DNA of 64,000 bases from the IMG/VR virus record IMGVR_UViG_3300047564_002169, positions 34,587 through 98,586 of that record; one strand, given 5' to 3'. Below the pieces are notes generated by a model. The model saw only the letters and a list, made by a program, of their open reading frames with translations, had not been told where the DNA came from and did no database searches. Position 1 is the first letter of the stretch, and the number at the start of each line of letters is the position of its first letter. The position numbers were made by a program, and so were the translations under genes. Source of the stretch: a virus. This document shows positions 9,859 to 19,350 of the stretch, one piece after another.

Positions 9859-11157
9859 ATGACTACTCGTCAACAATTAATGGAAAAATGGGCACCGATT
9901 CTGAATCACGAATCTGCACCTGCAATTAAAGACAACTACCGCAAAGAAGTTACTGCAGTTCTTCTTGAGAACCAAGAACGCGAAATGCAGAAACAGCGTG
10001 AAGCTCTTTTCGAAGCTGCTCCAGCTAACGCAGTTGGCGCATATGGCGACACTGGCGGTTTTGCTAAGTTTGACCCAGTGCTTATCAGCCTAGTTCGTCG
10101 TGCAATGCCACAAATGATCGCTTATGATGTTTGCGGTGTTCAGCCAATGACTCAGCCAACTGGTCTAATTTTTGCAATGAAGTCTCGCTACAGCAACCAA
10201 GGCGGCACTGAAGCTCTGTTCAACGAAGCAGACACTGACTTCTCTGGTACTGGCACCCACTCTGGTGCATACGACTTCGGTGGTTCTGAAACCACTGGTT
10301 CTGGTCTAGCAACTGCTGACGGTGAGCGTCTTGGCCAAGGTGGTACTGGCGACGGTTCTTTCGGTCAGATGGCATTCAGCATCGAAAAGACTTCTGTTAC
10401 TGCAAAGACTCGCGCTTTGAAAGCAGAATACTCTATCGAACTCGCACAAGACATGAAATCTGTTCACGGTCTTGATGCTGAAGGCGAATTGAGCAACATT
10501 CTCTCTACTGAGATCCTTGCTGAAATCAACCGCGAAGTTATCCGTACTATCTACAAGACTGCTAAAGCAGGTGCTGCAGTTGGTACTACTACTGCTGGTA
10601 CGTTTGACCTAGACACTGACTCTAACGGTCGTTGGTCTGTTGAGAAGTTCAAAGGTCTAATGTTCCAAATCGAGCGCGAAGCGAATGCTATCGGTCAACA
10701 GACTCGTCGTGGTCGCGGTAACATCATCATCACTTCTGCAGATGTTGCATCTGCACTAGCGATGGCAGGTGTTCTTGACTATTCTTCTGGTCTAACTGGT
10801 AAGAATGACCTAACTGTTGATGACACTTCTACTACTTTTGCTGGTGTTCTAAACGGCAAGTACAAAGTGTTCGTTGACCCATATACTTCTAACGTTTCCG
10901 CAACTCAGTTCTTCGTTGTTGGTTACAAAGGTACTTCTGCGTTTGACGCTGGCTTGTTCTACTGCCCATACGTTCCTCTACAAATGGTTCGTGCGGTTGA
11001 TCCTAACAGCTTCCAGCCAAAAATTGGCTTCAAGACTCGTTACGGTCTAGTTGCTAACCCATTCGTCAACCTCGACGATGGCACTAGCGGTCAGGACAAC
11101 CTAACTGCTAACGCAAACTACTACTACCGTCGCGTCAAGGTCGTTAACTTGATGTAA
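9859..11157 (+). CDS. gp23: Major capsid protein
   Basis: GVQPMTQPTGLIFAM, RALKAEYSIELAQD, DAGLFYCPYVPL, FQPKIGFKTRYG. Confidence 0.98.
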   Translation: MTTRQQLMEKWAPILNHESAPAIKDNYRKEVTAVLLENQEREMQKQREALFEAAPANAVGAYGDTGGFAKFDPVLISLVRRAMPQMIAYDVCGVQPMTQPTGLIFAMKSRYSNQGGTEALFNEADTDFSGTGTHSGAYDFGGSETTGSGLATADGERLGQGGTGDGSFGQMAFSIEKTSVTAKTRALKAEYSIELAQDMKSVHGLDAEGELSNILSTEILAEINREVIRTIYKTAKAGAAVGTTTAGTFDLDTDSNGRWSVEKFKGLMFQIEREANAIGQQTRRGRGNIIITSADVASALAMAGVLDYSSGLTGKNDLTVDDTSTTFAGVLNGKYKVFVDPYTSNVSATQFFVVGYKGTSAFDAGLFYCPYVPLQMVRAVDPNSFQPKIGFKTRYGLVANPFVNLDDGTSGQDNLTANANYYYRRVKVVNLM

Positions 11158-11198
11158 TTGGTAAGTCGGTTTAATTAAACTGACGCAGAGCAGTAATT

Positions 11199-11234
11199 AA
11201 GAGGGAGACTTTAAAGTCTCCCTCTTTTTATTTT
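11199..11234 (+). terminator. Rho-independent terminator after gp23
   Basis: AAGAGGGAGACT-TTAA-AGTCTCCCTCTT hairpin followed by a T-run. Confidence 0.9.
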
Positions 11235-11249
11235 GAACTAAATAATCAT

Positions 11250-11780
11250 ATGACTACTACAATTACATGCCCATTGCCAGAGAATTTAACTCCATTATCG
11301 CCTAATGGGTTTAATTTCAGTATCACAAAACTTCCAGGAGTATCGTTCTTCTGTCAACAGGTACAGCTTCCAGCAATCACGCTTGGCGAGATTGACCAAA
11401 ATAATCCGTTCGTGAATGCTCCAATCCCAGGAGAAATTCTGACTTACGATCAATTGAATATTCAGTTTTTAATTGATAATCAGATGCTTAACTATAAATC
11501 AGTATATAATTGGATGGTTGCTCTGGGGTTCCCTGAAAATTATGATCAATATAAGAGTTTTATTGCAAACGACACTAATAACTACACAGAACTCGCAAAA
11601 AATTATTCAGACGGAGTTTTGCAAATGTTGACTGGTAACAACGTCACTGCTGCAACTGTAGCCTTTAAAGATTTATTCCCGATTAGCATTGGCTCTTTAA
11701 CGTTTCAAGCGACCAATTCAGACGTGCAGTATCTTGTAGGTGACGCATCTTTTAGATACACCAGTTACAAATTTATCTGA
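11250..11780 (+). CDS. gp3: Tail completion / sheath stabilizer
   Basis: LSPNGF.F...KLP...FFCQ...LP, PG..L.Y..L...F..D motifs; typical position after gp23. Confidence 0.85.
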   Translation: MTTTITCPLPENLTPLSPNGFNFSITKLPGVSFFCQQVQLPAITLGEIDQNNPFVNAPIPGEILTYDQLNIQFLIDNQMLNYKSVYNWMVALGFPENYDQYKSFIANDTNNYTELAKNYSDGVLQMLTGNNVTAATVAFKDLFPISIGSLTFQATNSDVQYLVGDASFRYTSYKFI

Positions 11781-11836
11781 TACAAATTTGTTGTTGTGAT
11801 AATATGAAGTAACATATCACTAATTATGAGGTTATT

Positions 11837-12243
11837 ATGAATATTGAGCAAGTACAAGAAATGTGGGACATTGATTGCCAAATCGATGATAATTATCTCG
11901 GTGAAAATTCCACGCAGACCCCCAAATTACACGCCAAGTACGTCAAACTCTTGGTGCAGGTAAAACTAAAGCACACAAAACTACAATCCGTTTATATCGC
12001 GGGGAACTTTCTCGTGATGAATTAACGAGGCTTGGGTGGGATCAATGGCAAGGAGTCAAACCATTAAAAAATGAAATGGATGAGTTTCTATCAGGAGATT
12101 CTGAATTAGTTACGATTAAAATGAAAATTGATTATCTTGAAACTATGATATATCTTCTTGAATCAATTTTACAACAAATAAAAGCCAGAGACTGGCAGAT
12201 TAAAACAGCCGTGGATTATAAAAAATTCCTGGCTGGTCACTAA
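11837..12243 (+). pseudogene. uvsY: UvsY recombination mediator, frameshifted at ~11987-11990
   Basis: N-half (W..D..ID...PKLHAKY) runs in the frame of 11837; C-half RLYRGELSRDEL...WDQWQG...RDWQIKTAVDYKKFLAGH* runs in another frame from 11989 to TAA 12241-12243. Confidence 0.85.
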
Positions 12244-12256
12244 AAATTCTAGCGCC

Positions 12257-13738
12257 GTGATGATAAATGTAACAATAGAAAAATTAGACGAAGGGTTCGT
12301 TCGAGTGTTCTCTGATCCGAGCGTGGAACAAGAATTGGTCGACTTCTTTACGTATGAATATCCTGGCGCAAAATTCACCCCAAAATACAAAGCTAGATTA
12401 TGGGATGGTCTAGTCAGATTACTAGATCCTGTAAGAAAAACACTATACGTTGGTCTTGTTGAATATGTGGAACAATTTTGTGAACGTAACGGGTATAATC
12501 TAATATACAAAACCAACATTAATGTCACCAATGGATTTACTACAGATAAAATAGAGCAGTACGTGCGGTCATTAGATTTACCTAGTAAAATTGAAATTAG
12601 AGACTATCAAATTGAAGCCATCACAACTGCTCTTGATAAACAACGAACTCTGTTATTGTCTCCTACTGCGTCAGGAAAATCATTTATAATTTATAGCATT
12701 ATGAGGTGGCACGTAGAACAAGGTCGTAAATGTATTCTTATTGTTCCGACTACATCTCTTGTTGAGCAAATGTGTTCTGATTTCGAAGATTATTCATCAA
12801 TCAATAAGTGGTCTGTCGCTAAACACTGTCAGAAACTTTATTCTGGGTTTCCAAAAAACTTCCAAGCAAACGTTCTTATCACCACATGGCAATCAATCTA
12901 CCTGCAACCAAAAGCATGGTTTAATCAATTTGATGTAATGTTTGGAGATGAAGCTCACAACTTCAAAGCCAAGTCTTTAACTGGAATTATGGAAAAGATG
13001 AATACTGTTGCACATCGTATCGGCACCACTGGTACGTTGGACGACAAAAAGATTCATCGTCTTGTTCTTGAAGGTGTTTTCGGTAAAGTACACAGAGTCA
13101 CGACCACCAAGGCTCTAATGGATTCTGGTAAATTAACCAGCCTAAATATTACTTGTCTGATTCTGAAATATTCAGAAGAGACGCGTAAGGAAAGAAAAAA
13201 CAAGACTTATCAAGAAGAGATGGATTGGCTAATCGCCAACGAGAAGCGTAATAAATTTATACGCAATTTAACTGTAGCATCTAAAGGTAATACTCTTGTT
13301 CTGTTTCAATATGTTGAAAAACATGGTAAAATTCTTTACGAATTAATTAAAGGAAAAGTACACGAAAATAGAAAAATATTTTTTGTGTATGGCGGCACTG
13401 ATGTTGCAGATCGTGAACAAATCCGTCACATCACTGAATTAGAAAATGATGCTATTATTGTGGCAAGTTTTGGAACATTTTCGACTGGTATTAATATTCC
13501 ATCCATAGAGAATGTTATATTTGCGTCTCCTTCAAAATCCAAGATTCGTAATTTGCAAAGTATCGGACGTGGATTAAGGTTAAAAGACGGTAAACAAAAA
13601 TGTAATTTATACGATATAGCTGATGATTTGCATTGGAAAACGTGGAAGAATCACACGTTAAATCACGCAGCGGAGCGATATAAGACGTACGCTCAAGAAG
13701 AATTTAAAGTCAAACTTGTGGAGATTGAGATATGTTAA
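12257..13738 (+). CDS. uvsW: UvsW DNA/RNA helicase
   Basis: SF2 motifs SPTASGKS, DEAH, GTTGT, QSIGRGLR. Confidence 0.96.
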   Translation: MMINVTIEKLDEGFVRVFSDPSVEQELVDFFTYEYPGAKFTPKYKARLWDGLVRLLDPVRKTLYVGLVEYVEQFCERNGYNLIYKTNINVTNGFTTDKIEQYVRSLDLPSKIEIRDYQIEAITTALDKQRTLLLSPTASGKSFIIYSIMRWHVEQGRKCILIVPTTSLVEQMCSDFEDYSSINKWSVAKHCQKLYSGFPKNFQANVLITTWQSIYLQPKAWFNQFDVMFGDEAHNFKAKSLTGIMEKMNTVAHRIGTTGTLDDKKIHRLVLEGVFGKVHRVTTTKALMDSGKLTSLNITCLILKYSEETRKERKNKTYQEEMDWLIANEKRNKFIRNLTVASKGNTLVLFQYVEKHGKILYELIKGKVHENRKIFFVYGGTDVADREQIRHITELENDAIIVASFGTFSTGINIPSIENVIFASPSKSKIRNLQSIGRGLRLKDGKQKCNLYDIADDLHWKTWKNHTLNHAAERYKTYAQEEFKVKLVEIEIC

Positions 13739-14205
13739 CTGGTAATGAACTCTATGTAATTTTAAAATTCACGTCAGGTGAACTGATAATGGCTACTCTT
13801 CAAGAAGAAGACGAGCAAAACATTATGATTGATTATCCAATAGTTATAAAAACGATTATGGATTATGAAGGCGGTAAAGAACGAGTGAGTGTAAGCCCTC
13901 TGTGTTCGTTCACTAGTGAACATTCGTATGTTATCTCAAAAAACAATGTACTTTACATTAAGAAGTTACATTATGTTTTTATTCCACATTACCAAAGGAT
14001 TGTAAAAGATCAGCAGGAAACTACATCATTTTCCTCGCTAGATTCTAACTCTGACGATTCGCTAGAATGGGATGATGAACCAACCACTCAAGAAGAATCA
14101 ATAAATATGCAAGAAATGTTAACATCTATTGAAGAACTAGATGACGATATTGATTGGGATGAGAAACTAAAGAACTTGGTTCCTGGTAACGATACACTTA
14201 ATTAA
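13732..14205 (+). CDS. Conserved hypothetical protein (Sm/LSm-like N-terminus)
   Basis: LKFTSGELIMA...PIVI motif and acidic C-terminus; similar N-terminus to the 28592 ORF. Confidence 0.65.
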   Translation: MLTGNELYVILKFTSGELIMATLQEEDEQNIMIDYPIVIKTIMDYEGGKERVSVSPLCSFTSEHSYVISKNNVLYIKKLHYVFIPHYQRIVKDQQETTSFSSLDSNSDDSLEWDDEPTTQEESINMQEMLTSIEELDDDIDWDEKLKNLVPGNDTLN

Positions 14206-14232
14206 CATCATTATCATCCCTAGACACCCTGA

Positions 14233-14261
14233 ATTATGCCTCAAGTCAAATATAAAAGCAA
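14233..14261 (-). promoter_or_regulatory. Leftward sigma70-type promoter (antisense to the uvsW operon)
   Basis: Minus strand reads TTGCTT-17 nt-CATAAT. Confidence 0.55.
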
Positions 14262-14285
14262 ATTTATTTTGTAAGAAATTTAAAT

Positions 14286-14314
14286 TTGCTTTTTTTTATT
14301 ATGTGTTGTATACT
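14286..14314 (+). promoter_or_regulatory. sigma70-type promoter for gp55
   Basis: TTGCTT-17 nt-TATACT. Confidence 0.7.
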
Positions 14315-14349
14315 TATGAATATATTGACCTATAGAGGAATGTTCATGT

Positions 14350-14907
14350 ATGGCACACTATGTAAATAACGCGGATCTTCTAAAAGCTCTGATAGAGTAT
14401 AGAACAAAAAAAGCTGAAGCTGCGGCTGATGGTAAATCAAAACCACTTGTGAGTGATTACATCGGCGAATGTATTCTTAAGATCGCCACCCGCCTATCTC
14501 ATAAACCCAACTTTATAAATTACTCTTATCGAGAAGACATGATTCTTGATGGTGTGGAAAATTGTATTCAGTACATTGACAACTTCAATCCCGAACGATC
14601 AAGCAATCCCTTTGCATACTTTACGCAGATTATTTACTATGCATTTCTTCGCAGGATTGCTAAAGAAAAGAAACAAAGTTACATTAAAGGCAAATTGATT
14701 CAGGACATGCCATTTGATATGTTCGAGACGCAAGAACACGATGATGATAAAGAATTTCATAATCAGTACATGGAGTTTATGCAACAAAATTATCAGGTAG
14801 ACGATTTTATTGCACGTAAAAAAGCCAACCGTAAAAAGAAGGCTCAAGTTGATTTAGATGATTTTTTAGGTGATAAAAATGACGACCTCGATACAAAAAA
14901 TGATTGA
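14350..14907 (+). CDS. gp55: Late-transcription sigma factor
   Basis: HYVNN, NFINYSYREDMI.DG.ENC, NPFAYFTQI.YYAF.RRI..EKKQ. Confidence 0.96.
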   Translation: MAHYVNNADLLKALIEYRTKKAEAAADGKSKPLVSDYIGECILKIATRLSHKPNFINYSYREDMILDGVENCIQYIDNFNPERSSNPFAYFTQIIYYAFLRRIAKEKKQSYIKGKLIQDMPFDMFETQEHDDDKEFHNQYMEFMQQNYQVDDFIARKKANRKKKAQVDLDDFLGDKNDDLDTKND

Positions 14908-16063
14908 TAAAATTAATAGTAATTACAGAATCACTTCATCTAGAACGAGGGCTAGATTAAAAAAATTAAAAAAACGCAGAAAACGGTTTCAGAACAAACT
15001 ATCTTGGGACATAACTGATAACATATTTAATTTGAATAAAATTATGGAAAATCAAACCGATAAAATTTTTCTAGGCGTTTCAGATTTTGAAGACCTAGTT
15101 ACATCTGAGATTATGCGTAAGCGCGTCAGTGATAATCTCTCCACAGTGCAGCGAGAAACAACTGTTCTCTGCAATCGATCACAATGGCAGAAGTGGGCAG
15201 AAGTACAATTCAAAGATTTTATGTTTGTTCAGACCAATTCTTCTTCTGGGTTTATTGTTGAAGAAAAGACTAACAACCTAATTAAATTTTTCGTCAACAG
15301 TAACTCTACTGAGGTTCGCGCATTCGGTGATGATGATTTCGTTAAGGATGTTATTGATGTTGTTGAATCTGCTTTTTCTGTCGTCACTTCTTACATTGAG
15401 TGGATTTATTCCAGTGATGGCAACTCGGTTAATGTGCCATTGAATCGTGATCGCCTTCCCGTTGCAGAGATGTACCCATTCTTAAATGGAGAATCTCTTG
15501 AGTCATATTATGACCGTTATATGGAATCATCTGCTAACATTCTTCTGCTGATTGGTCCTCCTGGAACTGGTAAGACAACATTCATTCGAGGATTGCTTGC
15601 GCATCGTCAATGTTCTGCAATGGTAACGTATGATGCTGGTATTCTCGAGAAAGATGCATTTTTTGCTGGCTTTATTGAGGATGATGCTTCGGTTATGGTT
15701 CTTGAAGACTCAGACACATTCCTGAAATCTCGCTCTGATGGTAACACGATGATGCATCGATTCCTTAATGTAGGAGACGGTCTGGTTACCACTAAAGGTA
15801 AGAAAATGATTTTCTCAACCAATCTTCCAAGTATCCGCGACATTGATTCTGCGTTGATTCGACCAGGAAGATGTTTTGATATCGTCTCCTTTGATCTTCT
15901 GACTGGCGATCAAGCAAATATTCTTGCTAAAAAACTTGATGTTACTTTGCCAGTTCGCCCAGGCGGTAAAGAAAACGACAAATATTCTATTGCTGAAATT
16001 TTTAATCAACAATCTCAAAAACCGCAAAACTGTACCATGAACAGAAAAGTGGGGTTCATTTAA
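14879..16063 (+). CDS. AAA+ ATPase
   Basis: Walker A GPPGTGKT, Walker B VLEDSD, DSALIRPGR SRH motif; start uncertain (14879 or 15044). Confidence 0.85.
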   Translation: MTTSIQKMIDKINSNYRITSSRTRARLKKLKKRRKRFQNKLSWDITDNIFNLNKIMENQTDKIFLGVSDFEDLVTSEIMRKRVSDNLSTVQRETTVLCNRSQWQKWAEVQFKDFMFVQTNSSSGFIVEEKTNNLIKFFVNSNSTEVRAFGDDDFVKDVIDVVESAFSVVTSYIEWIYSSDGNSVNVPLNRDRLPVAEMYPFLNGESLESYYDRYMESSANILLLIGPPGTGKTTFIRGLLAHRQCSAMVTYDAGILEKDAFFAGFIEDDASVMVLEDSDTFLKSRSDGNTMMHRFLNVGDGLVTTKGKKMIFSTNLPSIRDIDSALIRPGRCFDIVSFDLLTGDQANILAKKLDVTLPVRPGGKENDKYSIAEIFNQQSQKPQNCTMNRKVGFI

Positions 16064-16106
16064 TCGTGACGAATGTTAATATTAAATTTGTAAACTTGGA
16101 GATTGC

Positions 16107-17162
16107 ATGAGTAAGGTTGCCATTATAACAGATCAACATTTCGGCGCGAGATCGGACAGCATCGCTTTCTTAGATTTTTTTCAGAAGTTTTATGACAATA
16201 TCTTTTTCCCAACCATTGAGAAAGAAGGTATTGACACTGTCTTGATTCTTGGTGATACTTTCGATCGTCGCAAGTATATCAACTTCTATTCTCTGCATCG
16301 AGCAAAAGAAATGTTCTTCAACCTGCTTGCAGCTAAAGGTATTGAAGTTTATATGCTTGCTGGAAACCACGACACATACTATAAAAACACAAACGATGTA
16401 AACTCTCCTGATCTTCTACTACAGGAGTATGGCAACATAACTGTAATTGATACCCCTAGAACCATTAACGTTCATGGTGTCGATATTTGTATGATGCCAT
16501 GGATATGCCCGGAAAATTATCAAGAGTCGCTTGACCACATTAAAACCACAATCGCTGAAATCTGTATGGGACATTTTGAGATCTCTGGGTTCGCGATGTA
16601 TAGGGGGATGACATCTCATGAAGGCTTGGGTAAAGAAACATTCGGAAAGTTTGATATGGTTTTTAGTGGGCATTATCATCACAAAAGTGACGATGGTCAT
16701 ATTTACTATCTGGGAAACCCGTACGAACTCACCTGGCAAGACTTTAACGATCCCAGAGGGTTTCATCTGTTTGATGTATCAACCAGAAAACTTGAATTTA
16801 TCAGAAACCCTTATACTATGTTTGCACGAATCGAATATAACGACAGAGACCAAGAACCACTCGATTTAGATGCTTTAGATTTAAAAGAGTCATATGTAAA
16901 ATTAGTTGTTGTCAATAAAACTGACTTTTATAAATTTGATAAATTTATTCAGAAGTTGTACAATAAGGGTTGCCATGAAATTAAGATTGTTGAAGATATG
17001 TCGGAATTTCAAGAAGGTGAAATTGGAGAAGAAATTAACTTAGAAGACACTCTTTCTGTACTTTCTAATTATATCGACTCTGTTGAAACTGATGTTGATA
17101 AAGAACAAGTTAAAACGTTTATGAGAACCTTATACACAGAGGCTGTTAACTACGAAGATTAA
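16107..17162 (+). CDS. gp47: Recombination endonuclease subunit (Mre11/SbcD-like)
   Basis: DQHFG, GDTFD, GNHD, GHF, SGHYH metallophosphoesterase motifs. Confidence 0.96.
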   Translation: MSKVAIITDQHFGARSDSIAFLDFFQKFYDNIFFPTIEKEGIDTVLILGDTFDRRKYINFYSLHRAKEMFFNLLAAKGIEVYMLAGNHDTYYKNTNDVNSPDLLLQEYGNITVIDTPRTINVHGVDICMMPWICPENYQESLDHIKTTIAEICMGHFEISGFAMYRGMTSHEGLGKETFGKFDMVFSGHYHHKSDDGHIYYLGNPYELTWQDFNDPRGFHLFDVSTRKLEFIRNPYTMFARIEYNDRDQEPLDLDALDLKESYVKLVVVNKTDFYKFDKFIQKLYNKGCHEIKIVEDMSEFQEGEIGEEINLEDTLSVLSNYIDSVETDVDKEQVKTFMRTLYTEAVNYED

Positions 17163-17213
17163 GTTGGCAACAGTTTTAATTTGTGATTTATCTTTTATTT
17201 GGAAATACGTATA

Positions 17214-17507
17214 ATGCAACAACTTGAGATTAAATTTTTCTTTCCACTAACAGAACAAATTCCACTTGATTTGGATTTTAGTCCCTGTTATGAGTATGAA
17301 GCGAATAAACGAGCAGAAATTATTTCGCGTTCTACTCTGAGTGTCAATGGCGGCGGTATCGTGAACACGATGGCATTCACCGACTTACATCAATCATTTA
17401 GTATTAACATCGACCAAACACCATTAACAGTCGTTTCTAAAAATAAACCCAACATCTTTAGAAGATATCTCTACAAGATTCTGGGCGTAACCTGGAAAGT
17501 TAAATGA
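17214..17507 (+). CDS. Hypothetical protein
   Basis: ORF between gp47 and gp46 with ATGA overlap into gp46. Confidence 0.55.
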   Translation: MQQLEIKFFFPLTEQIPLDLDFSPCYEYEANKRAEIISRSTLSVNGGGIVNTMAFTDLHQSFSINIDQTPLTVVSKNKPNIFRRYLYKILGVTWKVK

Positions 17508-19216
17508 TAAACTTTAAGTCTGTCAGCTGGTCTAATTTTCTTTCAACTGGTAATGTACCGAACAAGATACTGTTGAATAAGTCTCCAACCACTCTTATTA
17601 TTGGTAAGAACGGTGAAGGGAAAAGCACAATCTTAGATGCGTTGTGTTTTTCGCTATTTGGAAAACCATTCCGCAATATCAACAAGGGGCAGCTGGTAAA
17701 TTCTATCAACGGTAAAAAGTGTCTTGTTGAAGTTGAGTTTGGTGTTAATGGTAAAGAATATAAGATCGTTCGCGGCATTAAACCAAACATCTTTGAAATT
17801 TGGGTTGATGGTGTGATGATCAATCAGGACGCTGCTGTTAAAGATTATCAAAAGGTTCTTGAGCAACAAATCCTTAAACTGAATTATAAGACATTCACTC
17901 AAGTGGTTATCTTAGGGTCTGCATCATTTGTTCCATTTATGCAGCTACCGTCAACTCAACGCAGAGAAGTCATTGAAGACATTCTTGATATTCGTATCTT
18001 CTCTACGATGAATCAGTTATTAAAAGAAAAACACCAAGACACCAGAAATCAAATTCAAAAAATCGAAGCGGAACTTGCCACTGCAAAATCTAAAGTTGAT
18101 GCGCAACAAACGCTCATCAAAACTATTAGCGACGCGAAGACTGAGACGATCAAAAATATACAAACAAAGATTGAATCCAACTCTTCTCAGATATTCAACA
18201 CAACCCAAGAAATCGCAGCGATTATTTCACACATCAATAATCTTAAAGAGAGTATCGCGAACAAGGAACGGCTTGTTGAAGATATCGATAAGGCAAAGTC
18301 AATAAGAGCGAAATTAAATCAGAAAATAGAAACGTGTGAACATAACGCAGAATTCTTCACACAGAATGATGTATGTCCACAATGTAGCCAAGATATTCCG
18401 GAAGATTACAAGTCTAAAATTATCTATGACTTACAATCTAAAATTGAAGAAAGCGATAAAAAAATTGGTGACCTTGAAACAGTTTTAGACGGGCTTCAGC
18501 ATAAATTAAAAGATATTAATATTATCGTGGATCAAATCACTGATAAGAATATTGAACTGTCTACTAAAAACTCCACAGTAACATTATTGAATGCGCAAAT
18601 CGAAGAACTAAAACAAGAGATTGAAGATCATAAAGCTAATACTGCTGATGTGGACACAGAAAAGAAAAAACTGAAAGAACTAGCCAATGATGCACTAGAA
18701 AAGATAAAACAGAAAACTAATCTTCAAGAAACTCGCAACATCCAAGAAGTTGCATCAGCGTTGCTGAAAGACACTGGCATCAAGACTGCTATTATTCGCG
18801 AATATCTGCCAGTGATGAACAAGCTGATCAACAAGTATTTAAATTCTATGGATGCTTATGTTCAGTTTGAATTAGACGAAGCGTTCAATGAGACTGTTAA
18901 ATCTCGCCATCGTGATGAATTCACATACGCTAGTTTCTCAGAAGGCGAAAAGCAAAAAATAGATTTAGCGATTCTATTCACGTGGAGGCAGATCGCTAAA
19001 ATGAAAAATAGTGTTAATACCAATCTTCTGTTGATGGATGAGATATTTGACTCTAGTTTGGACGCGCAAGGCACTGATCATCTGATGAACTTGTTATCTC
19101 AAATAACCAATGACACCAATGTTTTTATAATCTCGCATAAAGGAGATCAGCTGTTTGATAAATTCAGGTCAGTTATACGGTTCGAAAAGGTGAATGAATT
19201 TTCAGTCATGAAATGA
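17504..19216 (+). CDS. gp46: Recombination endonuclease ATPase subunit (Rad50/SbcC-like)
   Basis: GKNGEGKS Walker A, CPQC zinc hook, FSEGEK signature, LMDEIFD Walker B. Confidence 0.96.
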   Translation: MINFKSVSWSNFLSTGNVPNKILLNKSPTTLIIGKNGEGKSTILDALCFSLFGKPFRNINKGQLVNSINGKKCLVEVEFGVNGKEYKIVRGIKPNIFEIWVDGVMINQDAAVKDYQKVLEQQILKLNYKTFTQVVILGSASFVPFMQLPSTQRREVIEDILDIRIFSTMNQLLKEKHQDTRNQIQKIEAELATAKSKVDAQQTLIKTISDAKTETIKNIQTKIESNSSQIFNTTQEIAAIISHINNLKESIANKERLVEDIDKAKSIRAKLNQKIETCEHNAEFFTQNDVCPQCSQDIPEDYKSKIIYDLQSKIEESDKKIGDLETVLDGLQHKLKDINIIVDQITDKNIELSTKNSTVTLLNAQIEELKQEIEDHKANTADVDTEKKKLKELANDALEKIKQKTNLQETRNIQEVASALLKDTGIKTAIIREYLPVMNKLINKYLNSMDAYVQFELDEAFNETVKSRHRDEFTYASFSEGEKQKIDLAILFTWRQIAKMKNSVNTNLLLMDEIFDSSLDAQGTDHLMNLLSQITNDTNVFIISHKGDQLFDKFRSVIRFEKVNEFSVMK

Positions 19217-19260
19217 TGTGCGCCTAGTCACGTAAGTTGTTGATTTTACAAGTAAAAAAT

Positions 19261-19325
19261 AAACCCTACTAAATGTAGGGTTTTTGCATTTAATGCTTGC
19301 CTTTTATTCAGATTTGGGGCATAAT
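19261..19325 (+). promoter_or_regulatory. Palindrome plus early promoter
   Basis: AAACCCTAC-TAAAT-GTAGGGTTT hairpin, then TTGCCT-17-CATAAT (19297-19325). Confidence 0.7.
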
Positions 19326-19350
19326 TACGTTATTGATTATGGAGAATGTG

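Noticed and set aside
11981-12025. Programmed -1 frameshift in uvsY
   Set aside because: No canonical X XXY YYZ slippery heptamer or stimulatory structure at the junction, and residues appear to be missing, so a deletion fits better
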